Assembly: GCA_035649235.1 (NCBI GenBank)
Contig: DASRJX010000026.1
Span: 1-50,235 of the forward strand
Source: Candidatus Cryosericum sp.
Lineage (GTDB): Bacteria > Acidobacteriota > Polarisedimenticolia > Gp22-AA2
DNA: 50,235 bases
Reading direction: 5' to 3'
Shown here: in pieces, positions 36,082-45,118 of the stretch
How the letters are laid out: every line of letters starts with the position of its first letter
Position numbering within the stretch: the stretch's first letter is position 1
Translations under genes and position numbers: made by a program
The notes under the pieces: generated by a model
Told to the model about the DNA's origin: nothing
The model's database searches: none
The model's input: the letters and a program-made list of their open reading frames with translations, nothing else

Positions 36082-37860
36082 GTGGGCGCCATCCGCGTGC
36101 TCGCTCCCGAAGTCGCCAACCAGATCGCCGCGGGCGAGGTCGTCGAGCGCCCCTCCTCGGTCGTGAAGGAGCTGATGGAGAACGCGCTCGACGCCGGCGC
36201 CTCCCGGATCGATCTGCGCCTGCAGGGCGGTGGCGCGGACCTGATCGAGGTGTCCGACAACGGCTGCGGCATGGACCCCGACGACGCCTCGCTGGCGCTG
36301 CAACGGCACGCCACCAGCAAAGTGAGCGCCCTGGCCGACCTGTCGGCGGTCCGGAGCTTCGGCTTCCGGGGCGAGGCGCTGCCGTCGATCGCGTCCGTGT
36401 CGCGGTTCGTCCTGACCACGTCGACGGGCGGTCCGGGCGAGGGCGTGCGCGTGCGGGTCGAGGGAGGGCGGCTCGTGAGCGCCGATCCGGCGGCGCATCC
36501 CCGCGGCACGACGGTGCGCGTCGAAGCCCTCTTCTACAACGCCCCCGCCCGGCGGAAGTTCCTGCGCGCGCCCGCGACCGAGGCGGCACACATCCACGAG
36601 GCCGTGGGTCGCCTGGCGGCGGCCCAGCCGGCCATCTCGTTCCGCGTCATCTCCTCCGATCGCGAGCTGTTCGACTGGCCCGCCGGCGCGGGCCTCCGGG
36701 ATCGGGTGACGCAGATCCTGGGAGCCTCGGAGGCAACAGCACTGGTGCCGGTCGAGGAGGGGGAGGGCCACCGCCGGGTGGTCGGCCTGGCCTCCACGCC
36801 CGCGCTCCACCGCGCCTCCACCCGCGACGAGCACCTCTACGTCAACGACCGTCCCGTGCGCGATCGCCGCCTGCTGCACGCCGCGCACCTGGCCTACGCC
36901 ACGCTCCTGCCGCGGGGACGGTACCCGGTGCTCTTCCTCTTCCTCTCCCTCCCTCCCGACGAAGTGGATGTCAACGTGCACCCGGCGAAGGCCGAGGTGC
37001 GGTTCCGAAACCCTGGCGCCGCCCATGATCTGGTGCTCCGGGCTCTGCGACGGTGCCAGCCCTCCGCTCGTCCCTGGATAGCAGTCGGCGGCGACCTCGG
37101 GGGCCCGCGTGTCGGGGCCGTGGGAGTGCGCGAGCCGGCGCCTTCGTCCGCGTGGTCCGGGGCGGACGATCTCGAGAGGACGGCGTCCGCGCCGCGGGCC
37201 CCTCTCGAGGTCCTGCCGGCGGGACGACCCGACGCGGCGGGCGAGGCCGCGGAGCCCCGGACGGACCAGGCGCCGCTGATCCCAGACGCGATCGAAGCGC
37301 TCGGTCAGTTCCGGGACACCTACATCCTGGCCGCGGCGCGCGACGGGATCGTCCTGGTCGACCAGCACGCGGCGCACGAGCGCGTGCTCTACGAGCGCCA
37401 CCTGGCCGACGCCGCCGAGGCGCGGGTGGAGCGACAACGACTTCTCTTTCCGTCGATCCTGGACGCGTCCGGCCCGCGGCTTCTGGCCTTCGAGCGCTCG
37501 CAGGACCTGATTCGGGAGCTCGGATTCGTCATCGAGCCCTTCGGCGGCTCGGCACTGCGCGTGGAGGAGGTGCCGGTGTCGATCCCGGCGGTCGCGGCCG
37601 AAGGCCTCATCCGCGACCTGCTGGCAACGCTCGCGGAGAGCGATCGATCCGACGGGATCCAGGACCTCCGGCACCGCATCGCCGCGCTGTCGGCCTGCCA
37701 CGCCGCGGTCCGGGCGGGGGAGACCTTGCCGGTCGAGGGGATGCGCCGCATCATCCGGGACCTCGGGCGCGCCCGGAGCCCGATGACCTGCCCTCATGGA
37801 CGCCCGACCATGCTGCATCTGTCCCTGGACCGAATCGAGCGCGAGTTCCGCCGCCGGTGA
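36082..37860 (+). CDS. mutL: DNA mismatch repair endonuclease MutL
   Basis: IAAGEVVERP.SVVKELMEN, DNG.G, HATSK, GFRGEAL; C-terminal DQHAAHER.LYE, QRLLFP clamp motif, ACHAA, CPHGRP. Confidence 0.98.
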   Translation: MGAIRVLAPEVANQIAAGEVVERPSSVVKELMENALDAGASRIDLRLQGGGADLIEVSDNGCGMDPDDASLALQRHATSKVSALADLSAVRSFGFRGEALPSIASVSRFVLTTSTGGPGEGVRVRVEGGRLVSADPAAHPRGTTVRVEALFYNAPARRKFLRAPATEAAHIHEAVGRLAAAQPAISFRVISSDRELFDWPAGAGLRDRVTQILGASEATALVPVEEGEGHRRVVGLASTPALHRASTRDEHLYVNDRPVRDRRLLHAAHLAYATLLPRGRYPVLFLFLSLPPDEVDVNVHPAKAEVRFRNPGAAHDLVLRALRRCQPSARPWIAVGGDLGGPRVGAVGVREPAPSSAWSGADDLERTASAPRAPLEVLPAGRPDAAGEAAEPRTDQAPLIPDAIEALGQFRDTYILAAARDGIVLVDQHAAHERVLYERHLADAAEARVERQRLLFPSILDASGPRLLAFERSQDLIRELGFVIEPFGGSALRVEEVPVSIPAVAAEGLIRDLLATLAESDRSDGIQDLRHRIAALSACHAAVRAGETLPVEGMRRIIRDLGRARSPMTCPHGRPTMLHLSLDRIEREFRRR

Positions 37861-37918
37861 CCGTGGCGTCGGCCGGCTGACGGGCCGGTCTTCCGGGAAC
37901 CACCTGCTCAGTCTGGCG

Positions 37919-37947
37919 TTGCCGGGCTGGAGAGGTCACCGTATACT
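37919..37947 (+). promoter_or_regulatory. Sigma70 promoter TTGCCG-N17-TATACT
   Basis: -35 at 37919-37924, -10 at 37942-37947, upstream of the transglycosylase ATG. Confidence 0.7.
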
Positions 37948-37978
37948 TGGGCCGCCTCGCGGCAGACTCGGTGAACCC

Positions 37979-38767
37979 ATGAGATCGCTGTTGCGCTGGG
38001 GCCTGGCCTTTTCGGCCCTCTGGATGGGGGCGGATCACGCCCTGGCGGAAGTCGCGTACCTGAGAAACGGCCGCTCGATCGAGGTCTCCTCTTTCAAGGT
38101 GGCGGGAGACAACGTCGTGCTCTCGCTCCAGGGAGGCGGGGAGATGGCGCTGCCGCTGCGGGAGGTCTTGGAGATACGCCGCCAGCCGACCGAGGTTCGA
38201 GCGGCCGGGCCGGTGGTGCCTGACACCCTCGTCGACGCCGCTTCCCGCGCCAACGCAGCGGGGAACGCGGCGCCGGCGCCGCCCCTCCCGCCAGCGGCCA
38301 CGGACCTCGCGGACGCGGCGGGCGACGCCGCCGCCGGTCCCGAGGACGCCCCGGACGACCCTTCGCTTCCCGTCGGAGCGGTCTTCGATCGGACGGCGCT
38401 CCGGGACATGGCGGGGAAGATCGCCCGGCGTCACGGGGTCGACGAGGCGCTCGTGCACGCCGTAATCCAGGTCGAGTCGCGCTACAACGCCTTCGCCGTG
38501 TCGCCGCGCGGCGCCATGGGCCTGATGCAGCTGATGCCGAAGACCGCGGCCCGGTTTGACGTCGACAACGCCTTCGACCCGGTGGAGAACGTCGACGCGG
38601 GAGTGCGCTATCTCAAGGAACTCCTGGAGCGCTACAGTGGCCAGCAGCGCCTGGCGTTGGCCGCCTACAACGCGGGAGAGGAAGCGGTCGAGCGCTACAG
38701 CGGCATCCCTCCCTACCGCGAGACCATCGACTACATCCACCGCGTCCTGGGCCACGTCCGGCGCTAA
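37979..38767 (+). CDS. Exported lytic transglycosylase (SLT domain)
   Basis: Signal peptide, small N-terminal domain, Ala/Pro linker, VIQVES (catalytic Glu), AMGLMQLMP, LAAYNAG. Start ATG 37979. Confidence 0.95.
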   Translation: MRSLLRWGLAFSALWMGADHALAEVAYLRNGRSIEVSSFKVAGDNVVLSLQGGGEMALPLREVLEIRRQPTEVRAAGPVVPDTLVDAASRANAAGNAAPAPPLPPAATDLADAAGDAAAGPEDAPDDPSLPVGAVFDRTALRDMAGKIARRHGVDEALVHAVIQVESRYNAFAVSPRGAMGLMQLMPKTAARFDVDNAFDPVENVDAGVRYLKELLERYSGQQRLALAAYNAGEEAVERYSGIPPYRETIDYIHRVLGHVRR

Positions 38768-38785
38768 CGCGGCGAGACATCCGGG

Positions 38786-40288
38786 CTAGAGCGGTCTCTT
38801 CGCCCCCAGGCAGGCTTCCGCGTCCTCTCCTTTCTCGTCGAGCTCCAACCGGGCCCGGTCAGCCGCCCTGAAATGCCGGATGCCGCTCGCCTTGCGGTAG
38901 TGGGCGCGCGCCTCCTTGAGGTGGCCGAGGCGCGCTTCGGCCATGCCGCTGAGCACCTCGATCCAGCCAGCGAGCCACGCCGGCGCTCCATCCGCGGCGA
39001 CGGCGGCCTCCCCGAGGCTGACGAGCGCCTCTGCCGGTCGTCCGGCCTGCAGGAGAAACCGGCCGCGGAGGTAGCGGGGCGCCGCGTCGCCCGGGTCGGC
39101 CCGGATCGCCTGGTCGATGGCCGCCGGCACATCGCCGCTGCCGCGGCCCGCCAGGCTCGCGAGGAGTGCCATCGCCGGGCGCCTCTGGGCGATCTCCTGC
39201 TCGAGGCGGGACTGGGTCTTGCGCAGGGACGGGGAGAGCGACTCCGGCCCGCGGACCACCTGTCGCAGATTCTCCTCAGCGTCCTCGATCCTCCAGTCGC
39301 CCATGGCGGCCTCCGCGAGGCCGAGCATCAGCCACTGGCGGTGCCGCGATCGCTCGGGGCCGTCGGCTGGGGTCGTCGTGAGCGCTGCAGCGAGCGTGGC
39401 CGTGGCGGCCGTGTACTCGCCGAGACGGATCTGCAGGTCGCCGATCGCCCCCGCGATCAGCGGCGACCCGGGGTTCTCGTCCAGGGCGAGACGGAAGTGA
39501 TCGAGCGCTTCGCGGTAGCTCCTCTGGTGGCGATCCGCGCAGATCTGCGCCAGCAGGAGGCGTCCGTCCGTTCGGAACGGGCCGTGACCGTCCGCGACCT
39601 GGCGGATCTGACGCAGGCCGAGCGCCGCGTCCCCTCCGGGGAAGAGGAAGAGCGGCCGCAAACCCTTGACCACCAGAGGCACGCGGTCGGCGTAGTAGTT
39701 GAGCGCTCCGGCCGGGAACAGCGCCATGTCGAGACCGCTGTCGACGCCGAGCGCCTGCTCCAGAGCCTTCTTTCCACGCCGGGCCTCCTGTCCTGAGCGG
39801 AAGTAGTTGCCCCGCATGGCCTCCAGGTGCGATCGGAGGACCTGGGCCCCGCCCAGGACCGCGAGCGCCGGAGCATCCTTGGGAGACGCCTCCAGGCGGG
39901 CGCGGGCCGCCGCTAGCGTCGCCTCGACGCCCTGATCGAAGGTCGGGTCGCTCTTGGGGACCGGCGATTCCGCGAAGACCAGCTGCCACCAGCGGCTGAA
40001 CACGACGAAGAAGAGCGGCACTGGAGCCCCCGGCGACGCCCGCGCCGCCTGCTCGAACCCGGCGGCGGCGCGCCCGAACTCGCCCTGGTGCAGGGCCCTG
40101 AGGCCCGACTCGATGGCGATGTCGACTGGGGCCCCGGCGACCGGAAGCGCTCTTCCGCCTGCGCTGGCTGGAAGGACGAGGGAGGCGAGCGCGGCGACGA
40201 CAGCCATGAGGCGACCTCGGCGGCGATCCACTCCCGAAGCGGCCCCTCGTCTCCGCTGGCGTCGCGCGTCCGGGCTGCGACGATCCAT
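38786..40288 (-). CDS. Exported TPR-containing protein
   Basis: Arg-rich n-region and hydrophobic signal ending ASA; all-helical TPR-like repeats (LALDENPGSP, IRADPGD..PRYLRG). Confidence 0.8.
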   Translation of the reverse strand: MDRRSPDARRQRRRGAASGVDRRRGRLMAVVAALASLVLPASAGGRALPVAGAPVDIAIESGLRALHQGEFGRAAAGFEQAARASPGAPVPLFFVVFSRWWQLVFAESPVPKSDPTFDQGVEATLAAARARLEASPKDAPALAVLGGAQVLRSHLEAMRGNYFRSGQEARRGKKALEQALGVDSGLDMALFPAGALNYYADRVPLVVKGLRPLFLFPGGDAALGLRQIRQVADGHGPFRTDGRLLLAQICADRHQRSYREALDHFRLALDENPGSPLIAGAIGDLQIRLGEYTAATATLAAALTTTPADGPERSRHRQWLMLGLAEAAMGDWRIEDAEENLRQVVRGPESLSPSLRKTQSRLEQEIAQRRPAMALLASLAGRGSGDVPAAIDQAIRADPGDAAPRYLRGRFLLQAGRPAEALVSLGEAAVAADGAPAWLAGWIEVLSGMAEARLGHLKEARAHYRKASGIRHFRAADRARLELDEKGEDAEACLGAKRPL

Positions 40289-40296
40289 CGCCGGTC

Positions 40297-40305
40297 AATA
40301 TAGCA
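40297..40305 (-). promoter_or_regulatory. Extended -10 promoter TGcTATATT, 8 nt before ATG 40288
   Basis: Plus-strand AATATAGCA at 40297-40305. Confidence 0.65.
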
Positions 40306-40338
40306 CGCGGCCGCGGAGGCGCCCGGAGCCGCCCCCGC

Positions 40339-40387
40339 TCTTACAATTCGCGTCACCTCGGTGCCACTTTTGTCGCAATTCGCGACA
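40339..40387. promoter_or_regulatory. Tandem enhancer-like sites (candidate UAS for a sigma54 activator)
   Basis: Palindrome TGTCGC-AATTC-GCGACA at 40371-40387 and a related copy TCTTACAATTCGCGTCA at 40339-40355; shared CAATTCGCG core 32 bp apart. Confidence 0.65.
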
Positions 40388-40463
40388 CGCCGGACCGATC
40401 GCAGCATTGTCATCGCGGAAGTCTCATGGCTGCCGCACTTGGGGAAGGAGGCATCCGACGCCG

Positions 40464-40478
40464 TGGAATGCTTCTTGC
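40464..40478 (+). promoter_or_regulatory. Sigma54 (-24/-12) promoter TGGAATGCTTCTTGC
   Basis: GG at 40465-40466 and GC at 40477-40478 separated by exactly 10 nt, with TTGC at -12. Confidence 0.7.
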
Positions 40479-40513
40479 CTAACTCCTGGACACGATTGGG
40501 GGTGAAGGAGCCG

Positions 40514-41914
40514 ATGACGCGCAAGGCCAGCATCCTGGTGGTCGACGGCGATCCGGAGTTCGTGCGTTTCGTGGAGGGAACTCTCGCCCAGGCGGGCCAC
40601 CGCCCCCTGGTCGTCCCATCGGAGGCCGAGGCTCTCGAGCGCGTGCGCGCGCTCGTCTTCGACCTGGCGATCGTGGATCTCGATCGGCCCGGGGGGGGAG
40701 CCGCGTTCCTCGAGGAGTTGAAGAGGGCCTCACGCGAGACGCCGGTCGCCGTCACGGGGTCGCGCTTCGACGTCGCGAGCGCCATCACGGCAATGCGGCG
40801 GGGCGCCTACGACATCCTGCGCAAGCCGGTGTCGGCGGACGAGCTCGTCGCGCTGGCTGAGCGCGCCGCGCGCATCAAGGAGCTGGGCACCGAGCGCCGG
40901 CGCACCGTCGAGGACCTGCAGAGCGAGCGGGCCCGCAACGCCGATCTCCGCCGCAGCCTGCAGGGTCAGCATGCCTTCTCCGCCATCCTGGGCAAGAGCC
41001 CGCGCATGAAGCAGATCCACGACCTCCTCCACGAAGTGTGCGCCACCGACTCCACGGTCCTGATCATGGGGGAGAGCGGGACGGGCAAGGGGCTGGTGGC
41101 CCGTATCCTGCACTACAACTCGCATCGGGCGGAGGGTCCGTTCGTCGAGGCCAACTGCGCCGTCTACTCGGAAGGGATCCTGCACTCCGAGCTGTTCGGG
41201 CACGAGAAGGGGGCCTTCACGGGAGCGCTGAAGCAGAAGAAGGGCCGCTTCGAGCTGGCGCACCAGGGGACGGTGTTCCTGGACGAGATCGGGGACCTCA
41301 TGCCCGCGACCCAGCTCATGCTCCTGCGCTTCCTCCAGGAGCGGCGCTTCGAGCGCGTCGGCGGCGAGGAGACGATCCACGTCGACGTGCGGGTCATCGC
41401 GGCCACCAACAAGAACCTCCAGGAGGGCATGGAGCGCGGCAGCTTCCGCAACGACCTGTTCTACCGGCTCAACGTGATCCCGCTCCACATTCCGCCCCTC
41501 AGGGAGCGCATCGAGGACGTCCCCGTCCTCGGGATGGAGTTTCTGGAACGCTTCGCCACCCGAATCGGGAAGAGCATCCGCGGCTTCAGCGAGGGAGCCC
41601 TCGAGGTGCTCACGCGTTACGCGTGGCCGGGCAACGTGCGCGAGCTCGAGAACGTCATCGAAAGGACCGTGGTGCTGGCCAAGGGGGAGCGCATCGAGGT
41701 AGCGGATCTGCCCCCCAACCTGCGCGAGAGCCCCGGCTCCGGATCGGAGCTCCATCTGTCTCTGCACGAGCACGAGCGGCTGTACATCCTGAAGACCCTG
41801 GCCGAGTGCAACTGGAACAAGAAGCTGGCGGCTTCCGTGCTCGGCATCAACCGGAGCAGCCTCTACAGCAAGCTCAAGAAGCACGAGATCGGCCGGGGCA
41901 ACCCGTTCAACTGA
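40514..41914 (+). CDS. Sigma54-dependent response regulator (REC-AAA+-HTH, NtrC/AtoC family)
   Basis: REC; GESGTGK, ELFGHEKGAFTGA, FLDEIG, RVIAATN, DLFYRLNV, WPGNVREL; Fis-type HTH. Start could be a few codons earlier. Confidence 0.96.
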   Translation: MTRKASILVVDGDPEFVRFVEGTLAQAGHRPLVVPSEAEALERVRALVFDLAIVDLDRPGGGAAFLEELKRASRETPVAVTGSRFDVASAITAMRRGAYDILRKPVSADELVALAERAARIKELGTERRRTVEDLQSERARNADLRRSLQGQHAFSAILGKSPRMKQIHDLLHEVCATDSTVLIMGESGTGKGLVARILHYNSHRAEGPFVEANCAVYSEGILHSELFGHEKGAFTGALKQKKGRFELAHQGTVFLDEIGDLMPATQLMLLRFLQERRFERVGGEETIHVDVRVIAATNKNLQEGMERGSFRNDLFYRLNVIPLHIPPLRERIEDVPVLGMEFLERFATRIGKSIRGFSEGALEVLTRYAWPGNVRELENVIERTVVLAKGERIEVADLPPNLRESPGSGSELHLSLHEHERLYILKTLAECNWNKKLAASVLGINRSSLYSKLKKHEIGRGNPFN

Positions 41915-41927
41915 TCGGGTCCTCTCC

Positions 41928-43934
41928 GTGCGCGACCTGAACCGGGGCGTCATCCTCTACATCGCCGCGACCGCCGCGGCGGCGGCGGTGATCGCCTTCA
42001 CGGTCCTCCCGGCGCCCGGGTTCGCCCTCACGACGGAGCTGATGGCGCTGGCGGTCATCGGCGCCCTCGTCGCCCCCCACGTCGTCCATCTGGGCCTGCG
42101 GGTGGAGATGTCGATCTCCCACCCCTTCATCCTCGCGTCGATGATCCTGTACGGGGAGCGCGAGGCGCTCCTGGTGTCGATGACCTGCATCGGGAGCCTG
42201 TGCCTGTTCCGCACCCCGCGCATGACCCCCTACCGGGCCCTGTTCAACATCTCCTCGTTCGTCGTCACAACCTGGCTGACGGCCGAGACCTACCAGGCGT
42301 TCGGCGGCCGGCCGGGGAGCGTCGAGGGCGGATCCTCCATCGTGGCGCTCATGCTGGCGACGCTGGTCTTCTACCTCGCGAACACCTACAGCATCTCCGG
42401 CGTCGTGACCCTCGCGAACCGCCTCAACATCTTCGACGTCTGGCAGGAGAACTTCCTGTGGTCGGCGCCCTCGTTCCTGGCGGGCGGCTCGCTCGCGCTG
42501 GGGATGGCCTACTTCCTGAAGCGGTTCGGCATCGGCTCGTTCCTCCTGTCGCTGCCTTTCTGCCTCCTGATCTACTACTCGTACAAGCTCTACCTCGAGA
42601 AGCTGGACGAGCGGCGCCAGCACCTCCAGGACATCGAGCAGATGAACTCCGATCTCGAGCGCAAGGTGCGCGAACGGACACAGGAGATCGAGATCGTCAA
42701 CCAGAAACTGCTGGACTCGAACACCGCCCTGCAGCGCGCCAACCGGCTCAAGAGCGAGTTCCTCGCCAACATGTCGCACGAGCTGCGGACGCCGCTCAAC
42801 GCCATCATCGGGTTCTCGGAGCTGCTCCTCGATCCGGCCTTCGGGCGCCTCGAGGAGGACCAGCGCGGTTATGCCGCCGACATCCATTCGAGCGGCCGGC
42901 ACCTGCTGGGGCTGATCAACGACATCCTCGACCTGTCGAAGATCGAGGCGGGCCGCATGCGTCTGATCCCCGAGACCTTCGAGGTGGGCCCCGTCGTGGA
43001 CGAGGCGATGGCGCTGTTGCGTCTCGAGGCGGCGCGCAAGCAGATCGATCTCGTAGCGAGCGTCGCGGACCCGCGGGCCACGATGCACGCCGACCGCAGC
43101 AAGGTGAAGCAGGTCCTCTCCAACCTGCTCAGCAACTCGGTGAAATTCACGCCGTCGGGGGGACGCGTCCGCCTCTCGACCACGGGCGCGGGCGATCGAC
43201 TGGTGATCGACGTCGTGGACAACGGTATCGGTATCCGGGAGGAGGATCAGGAGTGGATCTTCGAGCCCTTCACGCAAGTCGACGGCTCCCTCTCCCGCCA
43301 CTACCAGGGGACGGGACTGGGGCTGACGCTGGTGCGGCGGTTCGTGGAGATGCACGGCGGACAGGTGCGGCTGGAGAGCCGACCCGGGGCGGGAAGCCGG
43401 TTCATCGTCGAACTGCCGGGGCTGCGCCCGCGCGACCGGGAGGACCCGGCCCCGGAGCGGCCCCCGGCGTCTCCGACGGACCCGGGAGTGAGTCCGGGCG
43501 TCCCAGGGACGGTCGCGGCCATGGGAAGCGCGCCGGGAGCGGAGGGCGATCTCGTCTTCGTGATCGAGGACAACCCGGCCAACCTGAAGCTGGTCCGGGA
43601 GCTGCTCGAGTCGCGCGGCTATCGTGTGGCGCATTCGCCCAGCGGCGAGGAGGGACTCCTCGCCTTGAAGTTCCTGCGGCCGCGTCTCATATTGATCGAC
43701 ATCCAGCTCCCCGGCATGGACGGGCTGGAGGTCGCCCGACGTCTGCGGGACGACGCCGAGACGCGTGGCATTCCGGCGATCGCCCTCACGGCGCACGCCA
43801 TGAAGGGGGACGAGGAGAGGGCGCGGGAGGCAGGATGCGTTGGGTACGTCACCAAGCCGATCGACACCGCCGTGTTCCTCGACACCGTCGAGGGATGCCT
43901 GGCGCGCGCGGCCCGATCGCGGCATCACGCATGA
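41928..43934 (+). CDS. Hybrid membrane sensor histidine kinase (multi-TM sensor, HisKA, HATPase, REC)
   Basis: About 6-7 TM helices, coiled coil, FLANMSHELRTPLN, NLLSNSVKFT, DNGIGI, GTGLGL, REC with EDN, DIQLP, TKP. Confidence 0.95.
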   Translation: MRDLNRGVILYIAATAAAAAVIAFTVLPAPGFALTTELMALAVIGALVAPHVVHLGLRVEMSISHPFILASMILYGEREALLVSMTCIGSLCLFRTPRMTPYRALFNISSFVVTTWLTAETYQAFGGRPGSVEGGSSIVALMLATLVFYLANTYSISGVVTLANRLNIFDVWQENFLWSAPSFLAGGSLALGMAYFLKRFGIGSFLLSLPFCLLIYYSYKLYLEKLDERRQHLQDIEQMNSDLERKVRERTQEIEIVNQKLLDSNTALQRANRLKSEFLANMSHELRTPLNAIIGFSELLLDPAFGRLEEDQRGYAADIHSSGRHLLGLINDILDLSKIEAGRMRLIPETFEVGPVVDEAMALLRLEAARKQIDLVASVADPRATMHADRSKVKQVLSNLLSNSVKFTPSGGRVRLSTTGAGDRLVIDVVDNGIGIREEDQEWIFEPFTQVDGSLSRHYQGTGLGLTLVRRFVEMHGGQVRLESRPGAGSRFIVELPGLRPRDREDPAPERPPASPTDPGVSPGVPGTVAAMGSAPGAEGDLVFVIEDNPANLKLVRELLESRGYRVAHSPSGEEGLLALKFLRPRLILIDIQLPGMDGLEVARRLRDDAETRGIPAIALTAHAMKGDEERAREAGCVGYVTKPIDTAVFLDTVEGCLARAARSRHHA

Positions 43935-43944
43935 GGGGGAACCG

Positions 43945-45108
43945 ATGAGCGCTCCCCGGGTGTCCTCGACAATCCTCGTGGCCGACGACGATCAGCCCAA
44001 CGTGCGCCTCGTCGAGTCGATCCTGAAATCGAACGGCTACGCAGTCCTCCGCGCCTACGACGGCGACGAGGCACTGCGCATGATCGGTGAGGAGCGCCCC
44101 GATCTCCTGCTCCTCGACGTCATGATGCCCAACCTGTCGGGGTTCGAGGTCTGCCGCCGCCTGCGCGAGCGCCACGAAACCCGTCTCCTTCCGGTCATCA
44201 TGATCACGGCGCTCAACGCCCTGGAGGACAAGGTGCAGGGCCTCGACCTCGGGGCGGACGACTTCCTGAGCAAGCCGATCAACCGGACGGAGCTGCTCGC
44301 CAAGGTCCGATCGATCCTGCGCGTCAGGGCGCTGCAGGAGGAGGTCGAGCGCCAGAAGAAGGAGCTCGAGGCCGCCAACAGCGAGCTCCTCGTCATCCAG
44401 AGGTTCAAGGAATCGATGACCCAGATGGTCGTGCACGACCTGAAGAACCCTCTCGCGGCCATCATGGGGAACATCCAGCTCATGCAGCTGCAGCGCGCGC
44501 AGATGACGCCCACGCGGCTCGGCGAGCTGCTGCAGCGCACCCAGGACAGCGCCCGTCAGATGGCGCGGATGATCCAGAACATCCTGGAGGTGGCCAAGCT
44601 GGAGGAGAATAAGATGCCGCTCCGGCGCCAGGCGGTCGACCTCGCGCGCATCGTGGCGGAGCAGTCGGCGGAGCTGCTGAGCCTGAGTGCCAGGGACGGC
44701 ATCCGGCTCGAAAGCTCCGTGCCGGAGAACCTGCCGACGGTCGACGCGGATCCGGAGCTTCTGGGTCGCATCCTCGCCAACCTGCTGAGCAATGCTTTCA
44801 AGCACACGCCGAGCGGCGGCCGCATCGTGATCGGCGCGCAGGACGAAGGCGGTGACATCGTCATGACGGTCAGCGACGACGGGGAAGGCATCCCGGAGGA
44901 CCTGCAGCCTCACATTTTCGAGAAGTTCGTGGCGGGCGAATCGGACGATCGCCGCCGGCGGACTTACGATTCCGGGCTCGGATTGACCTTCTGCCGCCTC
45001 GCGGTCCAGGCGCACGGCGGCCGGATCTGGGTCAAGAGCCGCCCGGGCGAGGGAACGACCGTGCACATTTCCCTGCCGCGCCACGGAGCCGCCTCGGCGG
45101 CCGCCTAG
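43945..45108 (+). CDS. Cytoplasmic REC-HisKA-HATPase hybrid kinase
   Basis: VADDD, LLDVMMP, LSKP, HDLKNPL, NLLSNAFKH, DDGEGI, SGLGL. Start ATG 43945. Confidence 0.95.
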   Translation: MSAPRVSSTILVADDDQPNVRLVESILKSNGYAVLRAYDGDEALRMIGEERPDLLLLDVMMPNLSGFEVCRRLRERHETRLLPVIMITALNALEDKVQGLDLGADDFLSKPINRTELLAKVRSILRVRALQEEVERQKKELEAANSELLVIQRFKESMTQMVVHDLKNPLAAIMGNIQLMQLQRAQMTPTRLGELLQRTQDSARQMARMIQNILEVAKLEENKMPLRRQAVDLARIVAEQSAELLSLSARDGIRLESSVPENLPTVDADPELLGRILANLLSNAFKHTPSGGRIVIGAQDEGGDIVMTVSDDGEGIPEDLQPHIFEKFVAGESDDRRRRTYDSGLGLTFCRLAVQAHGGRIWVKSRPGEGTTVHISLPRHGAASAAA

Positions 45109-45118
45109 AGGAGGGCGC

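Noticed and set aside
38786-40288. Tat signal in the TPR protein (DRRRGRL)
   Set aside because: It does not fit S/T-R-R-x-F-L-K, and Arg runs are common in GC-rich n-regions.
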